Of a stretch of 64,000 bases of DNA, positions 9,350 through 20,210 are shown piece after piece. The notes beneath the pieces were generated by a model, which had not been told where the DNA came from, ran no database searches, and saw only the letters and a program-made list of their open reading frames with translations. The translations under genes were made by a program, and so were the position numbers. The stretch's first letter is position 1. Every line of letters starts with the position of its first letter. The DNA is taken from assembly GCA_964625535.1 (NCBI GenBank), contig CAZVEX010000001.1, positions 128,295 to 192,294 on the forward strand, in the 5' to 3' direction. The stretch is from an uncultured Gammaproteobacteria bacterium (GTDB lineage Bacteria > Patescibacteriota > Microgenomatia > Daviesbacterales > UBA10151).

Positions 9350-10873
9350 ATGAATTTTGAATTTATCAAAAAATACAAAATCGTCTTACTTTTAGGTTTG
9401 ATAATTTTCCTATCTACATTTTCCAGGTTTTACAGATTGGAGGATATCTATGTATTTAATTTTGATGAGGAGTACCAGGCCACTTACGCCTGGACTCTGG
9501 TTAAAGATCCTCATCCGATTTGGATTGGAGTCAGCGCTTCATTTTTGGATTTTTATCTGGGACCTTACTTTACCTATTTTACCGCCATTCTGCTTGCAAT
9601 TTCCAGCGGAGATCCCCTAATCGGAGCTTATTTTGCCGCATTTTTGGGTGTTGCGACAACAGTTGTGTTATTTTTCGTCGGCTGGAAGGTGTTTAATTTA
9701 ACTACCGGGGTAATTTCCTCCTTGCTCTACGCGATACTTCCGTTTTTTGTTTTCTTTGATCAAAAATATTGGAATACCATGTTTACCCCCACAGTAACAT
9801 TGCTTTTATTTTTGACAATGATTTTAGTTAAAAAATCACCGTGGTGGTGGGTATTGTTTGCCGGCCTTTTCGGATCTGTTTTACAAACTCATTTGGAACC
9901 TTCCCCCCTTCTTTTAATTGGAGTTTTTTATTTTATAAAGGGTAAATACTGGAAAAATATCAAGCTGCTTACAATATGTCTTTTGGTGTTTGCCATTTTT
10001 TACTGGCCTTTGGCAGTCTTTGATTATTATCATAACTTTAGTAACTGGACTATTTTTAGTCGTTTTCAAACTCATCTTGATGAATCAAAGATTGTTTTTG
10101 ATCCAGCCTCCAAATTCAGAACTTTATTTGATAGTTCAGGGCGATTTTGGTACTTGAAAGCAGGTAATCCCAATGCGGATGAAATAAATTTTGGCTGTAG
10201 CGCTTTATCCGTCAAACAGGAGTTTAAAATTGTTGACCAATATGCCAAAAGGACATATGCACCGCCGGTTTTATCTTTACTGACCTTTTTTTTGCTTTCA
10301 ATTTTCCTGTGGAAATCTTTCAAAGAGAAAAAGTATCAATATAAGATGCTGGCAATATTTTTGAGTGTGGCCGTTTTCTTTTTCATGATTTTCCCCGGCG
10401 GATCATCAGAGTATTATATACTGTACTTTCTTACTCTATTTACGCTTGTTCCGGGGATTCTAGTAAGTAAGACAAAAAATTCCCGTTTGATACTGATCAT
10501 TTTAATACTTTTGGCGGGAGTTGCGGGAGTAAATACGGTAGTTCAATCTTCCGATGAATTTAGCTTGGCTCCGAAAAGGGAAATAATTAGTAGGGTGATG
10601 GAAATAGTAGGCGATAAACCATTTGCTATTGAAGGAAGGGGCATATGTCATGACTACGAGGGTTGGAGGTATCTTTTTAAAGTTTACGGCAGAGTTCCCG
10701 ACATAAGTTACACGGACAAAAATTTAGGCTGGCTTTATCCGGAAGAGATAAAAGATGTGAGACTACAGTATTTAGTGATTCTTTCGGAAGACAGAATCCC
10801 TTTGAAAGAAGATCTGTCATATTTGTTATCTATAAAAGCAGGCGGATATAGAGCATATATAATAAAGAATTAG
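9350..10873 (+). CDS. GT-C (GT39/ArnT-like) glycosyltransferase
   Basis: RFYRL...FNFDEE after TM1, YLGPYF, multi-TM, periplasmic C-terminal domain. Confidence 0.75.
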   Translation: MNFEFIKKYKIVLLLGLIIFLSTFSRFYRLEDIYVFNFDEEYQATYAWTLVKDPHPIWIGVSASFLDFYLGPYFTYFTAILLAISSGDPLIGAYFAAFLGVATTVVLFFVGWKVFNLTTGVISSLLYAILPFFVFFDQKYWNTMFTPTVTLLLFLTMILVKKSPWWWVLFAGLFGSVLQTHLEPSPLLLIGVFYFIKGKYWKNIKLLTICLLVFAIFYWPLAVFDYYHNFSNWTIFSRFQTHLDESKIVFDPASKFRTLFDSSGRFWYLKAGNPNADEINFGCSALSVKQEFKIVDQYAKRTYAPPVLSLLTFFLLSIFLWKSFKEKKYQYKMLAIFLSVAVFFFMIFPGGSSEYYILYFLTLFTLVPGILVSKTKNSRLILIILILLAGVAGVNTVVQSSDEFSLAPKREIISRVMEIVGDKPFAIEGRGICHDYEGWRYLFKVYGRVPDISYTDKNLGWLYPEEIKDVRLQYLVILSEDRIPLKEDLSYLLSIKAGGYRAYIIKN

Positions 10874-10875
10874 CA

Positions 10876-11784
10876 ATGAAGATACTTTTCTTAAGTAGAT
10901 ATCAAAATAAAATTAATAGAGGAGCGGAAGTTTTTGTGTCGGAATTGGCTAAAAAGTTGTCTCAAAAACACGAAGTAAAGATCCTTTCAGATCAAGACAG
11001 CGAAAGTTATGATGTAGTCATTCCAATGAATGGGGGAATGCAGGCCGTTAAAGCATCTGTTGGAAGATTATTTAAAAAATACAAACTGGTGATCAGCGGA
11101 CAGGCAGGAGTGGGTAGAACCTCTATATTTAATCTTTTGGTAGCACCCGATATATTTGTGGCCCTAACAGATCACATGGCTAAATGGGTAAAGGGGTGGA
11201 CTTGGAAAAGCAAAGTGGTTAAAATCCCCAATGGGGTAGATTTAAATAAGTTCAATCCCCAGGGAGAAAAAATAACCTTTAACTTACCAAGACCTGTTAT
11301 TATTTCGGTAGGAGCCCTGGTTTGGTATAAGCACCATGAAAGAGTGATTAGGGCAGTTCGGCAGCTGGGTGAAGGATCGGTCTTAATTGTGGGAGAAGGA
11401 GAAGAAAAAGATAAATTGAAGAATTTGGGGAGGGATTTTTTGGGTAATCGTTTTAAAATAGTCAGTTTGAAATATGAGGATATGCCAAAAGTTTACAGGT
11501 CATGCGATCTTTTTACCCTGCCCTCATGGGATAGGGAAGCCTTTGGCATAGCTTACTTGGAGGCGCTAGCCTCTGGGTTGGGAGTGGTAGCACCTGATGA
11601 TTCCCAAAGAAGAGAGATTATCGGTGAGGCAGGTCTTTTCGTGGATGTCACAAATCCTCAAAAATATGCCCAAGCGATTAGTCAGGCTTTGCAGATTGAC
11701 TGGTCAAAAAAAGCCAGGGCTCAAGCTGAAAAATTTTCCTGGGATAAAATTGCCAAAGATTATGAGAAAATAATCTTAGTATGA
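10876..11784 (+). CDS. Glycosyltransferase family 4
   Basis: RGAE, IPNGVD, EAFGIAYLEALASG. Confidence 0.9.
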   Translation: MKILFLSRYQNKINRGAEVFVSELAKKLSQKHEVKILSDQDSESYDVVIPMNGGMQAVKASVGRLFKKYKLVISGQAGVGRTSIFNLLVAPDIFVALTDHMAKWVKGWTWKSKVVKIPNGVDLNKFNPQGEKITFNLPRPVIISVGALVWYKHHERVIRAVRQLGEGSVLIVGEGEEKDKLKNLGRDFLGNRFKIVSLKYEDMPKVYRSCDLFTLPSWDREAFGIAYLEALASGLGVVAPDDSQRREIIGEAGLFVDVTNPQKYAQAISQALQIDWSKKARAQAEKFSWDKIAKDYEKIILV

Positions 11785-12533
11785 TTTCTACCGTTGTAAT
11801 ATGTTTTAATGAAGCAGACAAATTGCAAAGATGCCTTAAAAGCACGAAAAATTTTGCAGACGAGTTAGTTGTGATAGATTTGGGTTCCTCGGATAATTCT
11901 ATAGAAGTAGCCAGTAAATTTGGCGCAAAAGTTTTTCACCACCGACTTGTCCCTTTTGTTGAGAGTATTAGAGATTATGCCGTAGCTAAAGCGAGTGGGG
12001 ATTGGATGCTTGTTTTGGATCCGGACGAAACTATTGGGAAAAACCTAAAAAAGCGGTTAACAGAAATCGCAGAACAAAATCAATTCCAGGCGGTCAATAT
12101 CCCCCGAAAAAATATTTTTTTTGGCAAATGGATAGCTCATTCCAATTGGTGGCCAGATCGTCACACTCGTTTTTTTAAAAAGGGAAAGGTTAGCTGGAAT
12201 GAAAAAATTCATAGTTACCCAAATGTAGACGGGGAGGTTTTACAGCTTCCTGCCTCTTTGAATTTTGCCATTTTGCATTTTGGTTATGACAGTATATTTG
12301 AATTCATGGATCGGCAAAACAGATATTCGGAAATCGAGGCAGAGCAAAGATACAAAACAGGAGAGAAGTCGACATTTTTGAAATTTTTATGGTGGCCAAC
12401 CAGAGAATTTCTGGTCAGATTCATTAAGCACGGCGGATTTCTGGACAGGTTTTATGGTTTGGCTCTTACCTTTCTAATGATGATTTACAAAGTAGAGGTT
12501 TTGGTTAAACTGTGGGAAAAATCAAAAAAATGA
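11781..12533 (+). CDS. GT2, beta-1,4-glucosyltransferase-like
   Basis: FNEA, DLGSSDNS, LVLDPDE, WWPD..RFF, NRYSEIEA. Confidence 0.9.
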   Translation: MISTVVICFNEADKLQRCLKSTKNFADELVVIDLGSSDNSIEVASKFGAKVFHHRLVPFVESIRDYAVAKASGDWMLVLDPDETIGKNLKKRLTEIAEQNQFQAVNIPRKNIFFGKWIAHSNWWPDRHTRFFKKGKVSWNEKIHSYPNVDGEVLQLPASLNFAILHFGYDSIFEFMDRQNRYSEIEAEQRYKTGEKSTFLKFLWWPTREFLVRFIKHGGFLDRFYGLALTFLMMIYKVEVLVKLWEKSKK

Positions 12534-13942
12534 TTCTTTTGATATTGGCTCTTGCCCTACTTTTAAGATTAATCAATTTAAATCAAAGCCTCTGGCTGGA
12601 TGAAGCTATTAATGTTTTGGCTGCCAAGAATTATTCTTTTTTTGGGATGATTACAGAATATGCCAAAGCCGATTTTCATCCGCCCGGATATTTTATAATC
12701 CTTTGGTTTTGGGCAAGGGTCGCCGGAATCTCTGAGATTGCCGTAAGAGGGCCGTCGGTAATGTTCGGGGTATTAACAATCTTCCTCGTTTATTTAATAG
12801 GTCAAAAAATTCACTCGAAAACTTTGGGACTTCTGGCCGCAACTTTCCTGGCCATTAACCCTTTGCATATTTATTACAGTCAGGAAGCCAGGATGTATGC
12901 CCTGGCCGTCCTGGCTGTTTCATTAAATATTTTTCTTCTTCTTAAATTCGTCAAAGGAGAGAAGATGAGCTTACTATTTTTAATTTTTAGTAACTTATTA
13001 GTACTGGCATCGGATTATGTTGCCTATTTTATCTTTCCTGCCCAGTTTGCTTTTTTGTTATTCATTAGGAACAAAGCATTGCTTAAAAGATGGTTTGTGG
13101 CCCTCGTTGTAGCGGTTCTAATCGGTATTTGGTGGTTGCCAGTATTTATCAGTCAATTGGATATTGGTTCGGTGGCCTCCAGTAAGCTGCCGGCATGGAA
13201 ACTAATTGTCGGCGCTTTTGACCCTAAAGCTGTCCCCCTAACTTTTGTTAAATTTATCATAGGGAGAATAAGTTATCCTGATAAGCTAATCTATGCACTA
13301 ATATTATTGCCTGTTAGTATATTATTTTTATTTCTTTTATGGAGAGGGGTAAAGTTTAAGACGCCGGATAAGAATTTAATTTTAAGCTGGATATTTGTCC
13401 CGATAATCATGGCATTTTTTATTTCTCTGGCAATTCCCATATACAGTTATTTTAGATTACTGTTTGTTCTTCCCGCATTTATTCTTTTGGTGTCTTTGGG
13501 GATATTGCTACTGGGCCAAAAACTTAAATATGTCTTTTTATTGAGCGTTATTTTAATTGAGCTTGGCTCTACTGCTATTTATTTATTTAACCCATCATAC
13601 CACAGAGATGATTGGAAGAGTTTGGTAAATTTTCTAAAGTCAAAAGATTCAGCGGTTGTTTTATTTGAAAGTTCAGGAACTCTCCCGCCTTTTGATTATT
13701 ACGCAAAGGGGGAAATCAATGCCAAAGGGGGACTAAAGGATTTTCCCGCAAAGGATATAAACGATGTGGCCGATTTGGAAAATATTTTGCTGGGGAAAAA
13801 AGAGGTATATCTTGCCGAATACCTTGTTGACATATCCGATCCGCAAAGATTTATAAAAAAAAGATTGGTGCAGTTAAACTATAAAGAGGCTGGAGTCACC
13901 GATTTTAATGGGGTAGGTTTTGTGTATCATTATATAAAATGA
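12530..13942 (+). CDS. GT-C (PMT_2/GT39-like) putative mannosyltransferase
   Basis: QSLWLDE, DFHPPGY, YYSQEARMY. ATG 12530 overlaps the upstream stop (ATGA). Confidence 0.85.
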   Translation: MILLILALALLLRLINLNQSLWLDEAINVLAAKNYSFFGMITEYAKADFHPPGYFIILWFWARVAGISEIAVRGPSVMFGVLTIFLVYLIGQKIHSKTLGLLAATFLAINPLHIYYSQEARMYALAVLAVSLNIFLLLKFVKGEKMSLLFLIFSNLLVLASDYVAYFIFPAQFAFLLFIRNKALLKRWFVALVVAVLIGIWWLPVFISQLDIGSVASSKLPAWKLIVGAFDPKAVPLTFVKFIIGRISYPDKLIYALILLPVSILFLFLLWRGVKFKTPDKNLILSWIFVPIIMAFFISLAIPIYSYFRLLFVLPAFILLVSLGILLLGQKLKYVFLLSVILIELGSTAIYLFNPSYHRDDWKSLVNFLKSKDSAVVLFESSGTLPPFDYYAKGEINAKGGLKDFPAKDINDVADLENILLGKKEVYLAEYLVDISDPQRFIKKRLVQLNYKEAGVTDFNGVGFVYHYIK

Positions 13943-15270
13943 GTAAATTTGTCTTATTAGCGATAATTTTTGGTCATATTTTTATTTTATCCAAATTGAT
14001 CTTTTTTCCCTATCCGGAACTTTTTATTTATCCCTATTTAACCAATCATGGTCTAAAGCCCTACAGCCAAATTCTTGATCAACATTTTCCGGGTTTACTG
14101 TTTTTGCCCATAAACTTCGATAATCTAGGTATGAATGATGCCCAAACAGCCCGGCTTTGGCTCTTTGCAATAGTTGCCATCACCCATGTGCTTCTTTTTT
14201 TAATATCAAAAAAAATATTGGGAGAGAAAAAAGCGCTTCTCGTTAACTTCCTGTATCTTTTATGGCAACCCTTTTTTGAAGGGTGGGTTTTGTGGATTGA
14301 TAATTTTTTACCTCTTTTCTTACTGCCTGCTTTCTACTTTTCATTAAGAAAAAAATTTTTTCTGCCAGGAATTTTTTTGGGCTTGGCAATTGTTTTTAAG
14401 CAAACTATAATTCCGTTATCAATACTGATTTTTCTTTATATATTATGGAGCGAAAAAAACTTTAAAAAAACCGCGGAATATTTATTGGGGCTTTCATTAC
14501 CGGTAATTTTAATGATTCTGTATTTTGTTTGGATGGGAATATTTCCGGATTTTTGGTATTGGACTGTTACTTTTAATTTAACTGTTTATGCGGCGTCAGG
14601 CACTCAAATACCAACAAGCTTTGGATTTATTTCAAGAGTTTTGATGGTGTACGTTGCTTCTTTATCAGGATTTTTATGTAAGGATAAACGGCTAAAAATT
14701 ATTGTGTTTATTTTTCTGGTGGGATCTTTAATTGGCGCATTTGACAGGGCAAATTTTGTTCATTTGCAACCTTCTCTGCCATTTGCAGTAATTTTAACTA
14801 GCTTAGGTGTGTATTCATTAACAAAAAGGAAAACTGGCTTTATATTAATAGCTATCTATCTCGCTGTTACCATTTGGTGGCAAAATGTTTTTTACAAAGG
14901 ACATATCTTGGACAAAGTTTTCTTTTTTGATGAGGAGACCTACGCCATATCTAATAAGATTAGGCAGTACACGAACGAAGGAGACAAGATCTTTGTTTTT
15001 GGAGCGGCGCCGCATCTTTATCAGATGAGTAAGACACTCCCTGCAGGAGACATTTTTGTTTTTCAGTTCCCCTGGTTTTTATCTGTGGTGGAAGATAGAG
15101 TTGTCGAAGGGATCAAAAAAGATCAACCGGATATTATAATTTCCGATAGAACTGTTAAAATTGAAGATGTACCGATCGTAGATTTTGCAAAAAAGATAGA
15201 TAGTTATATCAATGAAAATTATCAGAAGATAGATAGTGTAGCTAGCGTTGATATACTAAAAAGAAAATGA
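13939..15270 (+). CDS. GT-C-like membrane glycosyltransferase
   Basis: Multi-TM; GLKPY..ILDQHFPG, VFKQ, C-terminal DKIFVFG..P.LY domain. Confidence 0.7.
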   Translation: MSKFVLLAIIFGHIFILSKLIFFPYPELFIYPYLTNHGLKPYSQILDQHFPGLLFLPINFDNLGMNDAQTARLWLFAIVAITHVLLFLISKKILGEKKALLVNFLYLLWQPFFEGWVLWIDNFLPLFLLPAFYFSLRKKFFLPGIFLGLAIVFKQTIIPLSILIFLYILWSEKNFKKTAEYLLGLSLPVILMILYFVWMGIFPDFWYWTVTFNLTVYAASGTQIPTSFGFISRVLMVYVASLSGFLCKDKRLKIIVFIFLVGSLIGAFDRANFVHLQPSLPFAVILTSLGVYSLTKRKTGFILIAIYLAVTIWWQNVFYKGHILDKVFFFDEETYAISNKIRQYTNEGDKIFVFGAAPHLYQMSKTLPAGDIFVFQFPWFLSVVEDRVVEGIKKDQPDIIISDRTVKIEDVPIVDFAKKIDSYINENYQKIDSVASVDILKRK

Positions 15271-16283
15271 ATAAAAATATACGGGTTGGAATGGATATTT
15301 CACAAATTGCCCACGGGGGCGGAGTTGCTACCTATACCTTAAATTTAGCCGGGCAACTTTCTAAATTGCCGGATTTGGAAATGATTTATTTTTATTCGTC
15401 TCTCCGAAAGCCTTATCAGGGGAGTTTAAAAAACGTTAAAAAATACCGCTTACCACCGACCCTTTTTGAGATGCTTTTTAATAGATGGAGGAATGTTTCA
15501 ATTGAAAGATTTTTGGGCCCCTTGGATGTTTTTCATTCAAGCGATTGGACTCAACCGCCATGTTCTGCCAAAAAGGTTACTACCTATCACGATGTTGTAC
15601 CACTAAAATATCCGAGCTGGTCACATCCTAAAATTGTGGCAGTTCACAAAAGACGGCTATATCTGGTGGAAAAAGAGATAGACATGGTAATTGCAGTTTC
15701 TAATTCAACAAAAAAAGATTTATTGGAAGTTTCCAATATTCCCGAAGAAAAAATAACAGTAATCTATGAGGGGTCAACAGCAGATTTTAAGCCACAATCT
15801 AAAGAAAAGATAAAACAGTTTAGAAATAAATACAACCTGCCGGACAAATTTGTATTGGCAATAGGGGGGATAGGAGAAAGAAGGAATCTAGCAAGAATCA
15901 AAGAAGCAGCTAAAGATTACAACTTGGTGATTGCCGGTCAAACAATTCCATGGCTTTCAATTAATGAATTAGAACTGCTCTACAACAGCGCTCAAGTATT
16001 ATTGTATTGCTCGTTATATGAAGGGTTTGGCATTCCCATACTTGATGGATTTGCCTGCGGGTTGCCGGTTATCACTTCAAATATTTCCTCTATGCCTGAA
16101 ATAGGTGGGGACGGGGCAGTGTATGTTGACCCAATGGACATAGAAGACATTAAAAAGAAATTAAAAATGGTTATGGAAGATAAAATAATAAGAGAAGAGT
16201 TAGTAAAAAAGGGTTTGATTCAAGTAAAAAAATTTTCTTGGGAAAAATGTGCAACAGAAACTGCTAAAATCTACAAAATGTGA
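15267..16283 (+). CDS. Glycosyltransferase family 4 (MtfB/WbpY-like)
   Basis: [27 protein letters not shown]. Confidence 0.9.
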   Translation: MNKNIRVGMDISQIAHGGGVATYTLNLAGQLSKLPDLEMIYFYSSLRKPYQGSLKNVKKYRLPPTLFEMLFNRWRNVSIERFLGPLDVFHSSDWTQPPCSAKKVTTYHDVVPLKYPSWSHPKIVAVHKRRLYLVEKEIDMVIAVSNSTKKDLLEVSNIPEEKITVIYEGSTADFKPQSKEKIKQFRNKYNLPDKFVLAIGGIGERRNLARIKEAAKDYNLVIAGQTIPWLSINELELLYNSAQVLLYCSLYEGFGIPILDGFACGLPVITSNISSMPEIGGDGAVYVDPMDIEDIKKKLKMVMEDKIIREELVKKGLIQVKKFSWEKCATETAKIYKM

Positions 16284-16286
16284 TTT

Positions 16287-17840
16287 ATGTTTATCAAGCA
16301 AAACAAAATATTACTACTTATTCTTCTTGTATCTGCGATTTTGAGATTATGGGATCTGCAGGGGATGCCCCCGCATCTTCGTAATGATGAAGCTGCGCTT
16401 GGATATAACGCCTATTCAATATTAAAAACTGCCCGAGATGAACACGGGGAATTTCTGCCCTTATTTTTTCAGTCATTTGGAGATTTTAAACCAGGTTTGT
16501 ATGTTTATTTGACTGTCCCCTTTATTGCAATCTTTGGCTTAAACGAGGTATCTGTCAGGCTTCCTTCTGCCATTTTTGGAGTAATTTCCGTCTGGCTTTT
16601 CTATGAGATTGTTTTATACATGTTTATCAAAAGATCAAAAGCGGCGATTAGTGCTTTGGTTTTGGCAATTTCTCCGCTATTTATTACATTTTCCAGAGGT
16701 GCCTGGGAAGTTAATGTGTCTTTTGCCTTCACGCTTGCGGCCACCCTTTTCTTTTTAAAGGCTGTTTTTAAAGAAAAATATCTTTTACTGTCAGCTCTAT
16801 TCTTTGGATTGACACTGTTTACTTCTCATACGGCTAAACTTTCCAGCCCATTACTTTTGATCATTCTTTCGATTGCATATTTTAAACAAGTTAAAAAGAT
16901 ATCTCGTCAAATAATTTATCTATCTTTAATAACTTTTATAATTTTTACCGTTCCCGTGGCTTTCAGTTTTATACAGGGGAAAGTTGCCAGACTTCAAACT
17001 TTAAGTATATTTTCATATAACTTAAATGCTCAAGATAATTTTCGCTCCATTGCCACCAGGTGGTTTAGTTTGTATTCACCAAGCACTCTTTTTTTCAAGG
17101 GAGATACCAATCCGCAGCATAATCCTCCCCAGATGGGCCCACTGCTTTTTTTAGATAGTATATTTTTGATATTTGGTATGGTTATACTTATTCGCAGGGG
17201 AACACGTCAACAAAACTTATTTGTCTGGTTGAGTTTGATTCTTTTATCTTTACCCTCCAGTTTAACTATAGAAAAGATAAATTTTGAAAGAGTGCTACCC
17301 ATGTTTATCCCGCTGGCGATTCTTACATCCATAGGCATCAACAGTTTATGGAATCCCAAAAAAATTATCACTGTTTTTATTGTATTTTTGTATGCTTTTA
17401 ATTACCTTTATTTTTTGGATCAGTACTTTGTACACGCCAAAAAAAAGAATGACGCCTGGCAAATGGGGTATAAGCAAATTATGGAAAAGGTAACTTCAAT
17501 GCAGGGCAATTACCAGAAAATCATTGTTCAGCAAAGTTTGGAACAGCCTTATATCTTCTTTCTCTTTTACAAAAAATACGATCCAAGTAAATATCAAGAA
17601 ATCGTGAGTGAAGTATTCGTGCCGAATGAGACTGGAAAAGATATGGGGCTTGTATCAAGAATTGATAATATCGAATTTAAAGATATTGACTGGTCGGTTA
17701 ACAAACCTGACGGAAGTAATTTGTATATTATGCCTACATATAAGCTGGGTCAACAACAGAAGTTTTATCAGGACTACAAACAGGTTGAAGAAATCAAGGA
17801 TTTAAATGGTTTTTCTTTATTTAAAATGGTGGAGATATGA
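16287..17840 (+). CDS. GT-C (GT39/ArnT-like) glycosyltransferase
   Basis: PPHLRNDEAALGYNAYSI, GDFKP, VRLPSA, AISP...FSR.AWE. Confidence 0.85.
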   Translation: MFIKQNKILLLILLVSAILRLWDLQGMPPHLRNDEAALGYNAYSILKTARDEHGEFLPLFFQSFGDFKPGLYVYLTVPFIAIFGLNEVSVRLPSAIFGVISVWLFYEIVLYMFIKRSKAAISALVLAISPLFITFSRGAWEVNVSFAFTLAATLFFLKAVFKEKYLLLSALFFGLTLFTSHTAKLSSPLLLIILSIAYFKQVKKISRQIIYLSLITFIIFTVPVAFSFIQGKVARLQTLSIFSYNLNAQDNFRSIATRWFSLYSPSTLFFKGDTNPQHNPPQMGPLLFLDSIFLIFGMVILIRRGTRQQNLFVWLSLILLSLPSSLTIEKINFERVLPMFIPLAILTSIGINSLWNPKKIITVFIVFLYAFNYLYFLDQYFVHAKKKNDAWQMGYKQIMEKVTSMQGNYQKIIVQQSLEQPYIFFLFYKKYDPSKYQEIVSEVFVPNETGKDMGLVSRIDNIEFKDIDWSVNKPDGSNLYIMPTYKLGQQQKFYQDYKQVEEIKDLNGFSLFKMVEI

Positions 17841-18532
17841 ATACCCTGCTGTGGCTGGGATCGCTAACTTTAATATATCTTTTGGCCCGCTGTCTCCCTT
17901 TTGGCAAAAAACCATATTTTGCCGCTACTTGTTCGGTCTTTCTGGCTATTTCCCCCTGGTTTCATTTTGTTTCCAAAGACGGGCAAGCCAGTTTAATGCT
18001 GTTTCTTTCAATTGCCGGAGTTTATTTAATAAATAAATTTCTCAAAAGATATTTGTTAATTGGCGCTTTCTTGTTTTTGATACTTTTAAATTTTTTTTCA
18101 ATTTCATTTCAAGATGTTACCCAAGTTCCCCTCTGGCTGACGGATGAACAAAGAAGAGAGCACGACAGCTTTTATAATCACCCTTTGGTAATTTTGGCAC
18201 ATAACAAAGTTATCAACTACACCCTATCATTTTTAGATCACTACAGTCAGCATTTTCAGGGAGATTTTTTATTTATTTCCGGGGATGTCAGAGACAGTTT
18301 TGCCTTAATGTATTTATTTGACTTTATTTTTATTATCACGGCCGCTGTTTTTATTATTAAGGTTCCCAAAGGGTGGGGGATAATTTTTATTTGGCTTGCT
18401 TTAGCTCCCCTACCATCTGCTTTAGATTTTCACCCCCCCAATGCGCTCAAAAGTTTTAATATGTTGGTACCACTTATTATATTAAGCAGTTTTGGCGCCA
18501 GCTATATTTTCCAAAAAATAATTCGGGTATAA
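17837..18532 (+). CDS. Shortened GT39-like membrane protein (partial paralog of upstream gene)
   Basis: Shares FLAISP, LFISGD and WL...LPS motifs with 16287..17840 but lacks the N-terminal DE loop and the C-terminal domain. Confidence 0.6.
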   Translation: MNTLLWLGSLTLIYLLARCLPFGKKPYFAATCSVFLAISPWFHFVSKDGQASLMLFLSIAGVYLINKFLKRYLLIGAFLFLILLNFFSISFQDVTQVPLWLTDEQRREHDSFYNHPLVILAHNKVINYTLSFLDHYSQHFQGDFLFISGDVRDSFALMYLFDFIFIITAAVFIIKVPKGWGIIFIWLALAPLPSALDFHPPNALKSFNMLVPLIILSSFGASYIFQKIIRV

Positions 18533-18539
18533 TGATTCT

Positions 18540-19604
18540 ATGAAAATTGCCATTGACGGATATGAGGCTAATGTTTTACAAAGATTGGGATCTTCACAGG
18601 TTGCTTTTGAGCTGTTGAAACAATTTGAGGACCTGGATCATGACAATGAATTTACAATTTTTTTGCCCGAGAAGCCGCTCGGTGATTTACCCAAAGAAAG
18701 AGCAGGTTGGAAATATAAAATACTTCGGCCCAAAAGGCTTTGGACCAGAATCGCTTTACCGCTTACCCTCTACTTTTCAACTCTTGATTTAATTTTTTCT
18801 CCGACTCATTATATCCCGCGATTTTCTCCGGTTAAAAGGGTGGCCACTATTTTTGATCTGTCTTTTCTGCATTTTCCGGAAATGTTTACCCCAAGAGATT
18901 TATGGCAGCTCAAAAACTGGACCAAATTTTCAGCCGAAAATGCAGACCATATCATTACCATCTCCAATTTTTCCAAGCAGGATATCATCTCCCAATATAA
19001 AATTGACAAGAACAAAATTACGGTAGCATACCCCGGATATGATAGTGAAAAGTTTAAAGTGAAAAGTGTAAAGTTTGAGAAAGACTACATTATTTATATA
19101 GGGACCATACAGCCGAGGAAAAATTTGATTAGACTGATGGAGGCGGTGGCCAGAATAGATGGACTTAAGTTAATTATAGTGGGTAAAGTTGGATGGGAAT
19201 ATGAAGAAATCTTGGCTACTCCCAGAAAATTAGGAATTGCGGATAGAGTGGAATTTAAGGGGTATGTGGCAACAGATAAACTATCTAATTTGTTAAACGG
19301 CGCTACAGCTTTTGTGCTGCCTTCGTTATATGAAGGATTTGGTATACCGGTTGTAGAAGCCATGGCTTGTGGTTCTCCGGTGATTGTTTCCAATGCGTCA
19401 TCACTGCCGGAGGTGGTAGGAGATGCCGGTTTGTTAGTTGATCCTTATTCGGTCGATCAAATCGAGCAGGCAATTAGAACTCTGATGGCTGATCAAAAAT
19501 TAAGGCAAAAATATTCTAAAGCTGGTCTCACCCAATCCCAAAAATTCTCCTGGCCCAAAATGGCTAAACAAGTTTTAAAGGTATTTACCGGATCGCAAAC
19601 CTAA
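18540..19604 (+). CDS. Glycosyltransferase family 4 (MtfB-like)
   Basis: [26 protein letters not shown]. Confidence 0.92.
   Translation: MKIAIDGYEANVLQRLGSSQVAFELLKQFEDLDHDNEFTIFLPEKPLGDLPKERAGWKYKILRPKRLWTRIALPLTLYFSTLDLIFSPTHYIPRFSPVKRVATIFDLSFLHFPEMFTPRDLWQLKNWTKFSAENADHIITISNFSKQDIISQYKIDKNKITVAYPGYDSEKFKVKSVKFEKDYIIYIGTIQPRKNLIRLMEAVARIDGLKLIIVGKVGWEYEEILATPRKLGIADRVEFKGYVATDKLSNLLNGATAFVLPSLYEGFGIPVVEAMACGSPVIVSNASSLPEVVGDAGLLVDPYSVDQIEQAIRTLMADQKLRQKYSKAGLTQSQKFSWPKMAKQVLKVFTGSQT
19044..19078 (+). repeat. In-frame degenerate heptamer repeat (AGTKWAA)5
   Basis: agtgaaa agtttaa agtgaaa agtgtaa agtttga; encodes [12 protein letters not shown]. Confidence 0.75.
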
Positions 19605-20110
19605 TCAGATCCCGGATCGGAATGAAATAAAGCTGCCAATACTCTCCTTGCAGTTGTTACTGAATTCTCAGGATTAAGAGAGTACTCATATCGAGGATCT
19701 GAAAGATCTGAAAATAACATAGAACGGTTTACTGATGGAGGCTCAACTGAAATATCGCCGGCTAAGTCAGTCGCAAGTTTTATTTTTCCACCAATTATAA
19801 CGCTCAAGCATCCCCTTTCAAAGATGAAACATTCTCTTACTCTAGATGACAAACCTCTATCTAAGTAAAACATTTGCTCTAAATTAGTTCCGGATTCGCC
19901 TACAATCACCCAAACATCCTGCCTGTCGCGATCTCTAACAGGATAATCTAATGTACCTCCAGAAGTAGCAAAAGACTCGGTACAAACCAATAAGCTAGTT
20001 TTTCCATCCTGACTAATTTTATCCACAAATTCATGAGCTTTTCCAGTTCGCTTTAATCTTTGCCTTAAAGATTCTCTAGCCTCTTCGTATGTTTGCAGTT
20101 CAGCACTCAT
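19601..20110 (-). CDS. Orphan hypothetical protein
   Basis: 169-aa soluble ORF filling the gap on the opposite strand. TTGATT-16-TAAAAT lies upstream on the minus strand. Confidence 0.65.
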   Translation of the reverse strand: MSAELQTYEEARESLRQRLKRTGKAHEFVDKISQDGKTSLLVCTESFATSGGTLDYPVRDRDRQDVWVIVGESGTNLEQMFYLDRGLSSRVRECFIFERGCLSVIIGGKIKLATDLAGDISVEPPSVNRSMLFSDLSDPRYEYSLNPENSVTTARRVLAALFHSDPGSD

Positions 20111-20210
20111 TTATCTTGAACAGGTAAACTTATTTTATTAATTTTATTGGAAAAATCAAGTTTTTGTGTTGTTTGCTTCTGGTTAAGTTTCCCCATATAA
20201 TTAAATACAT

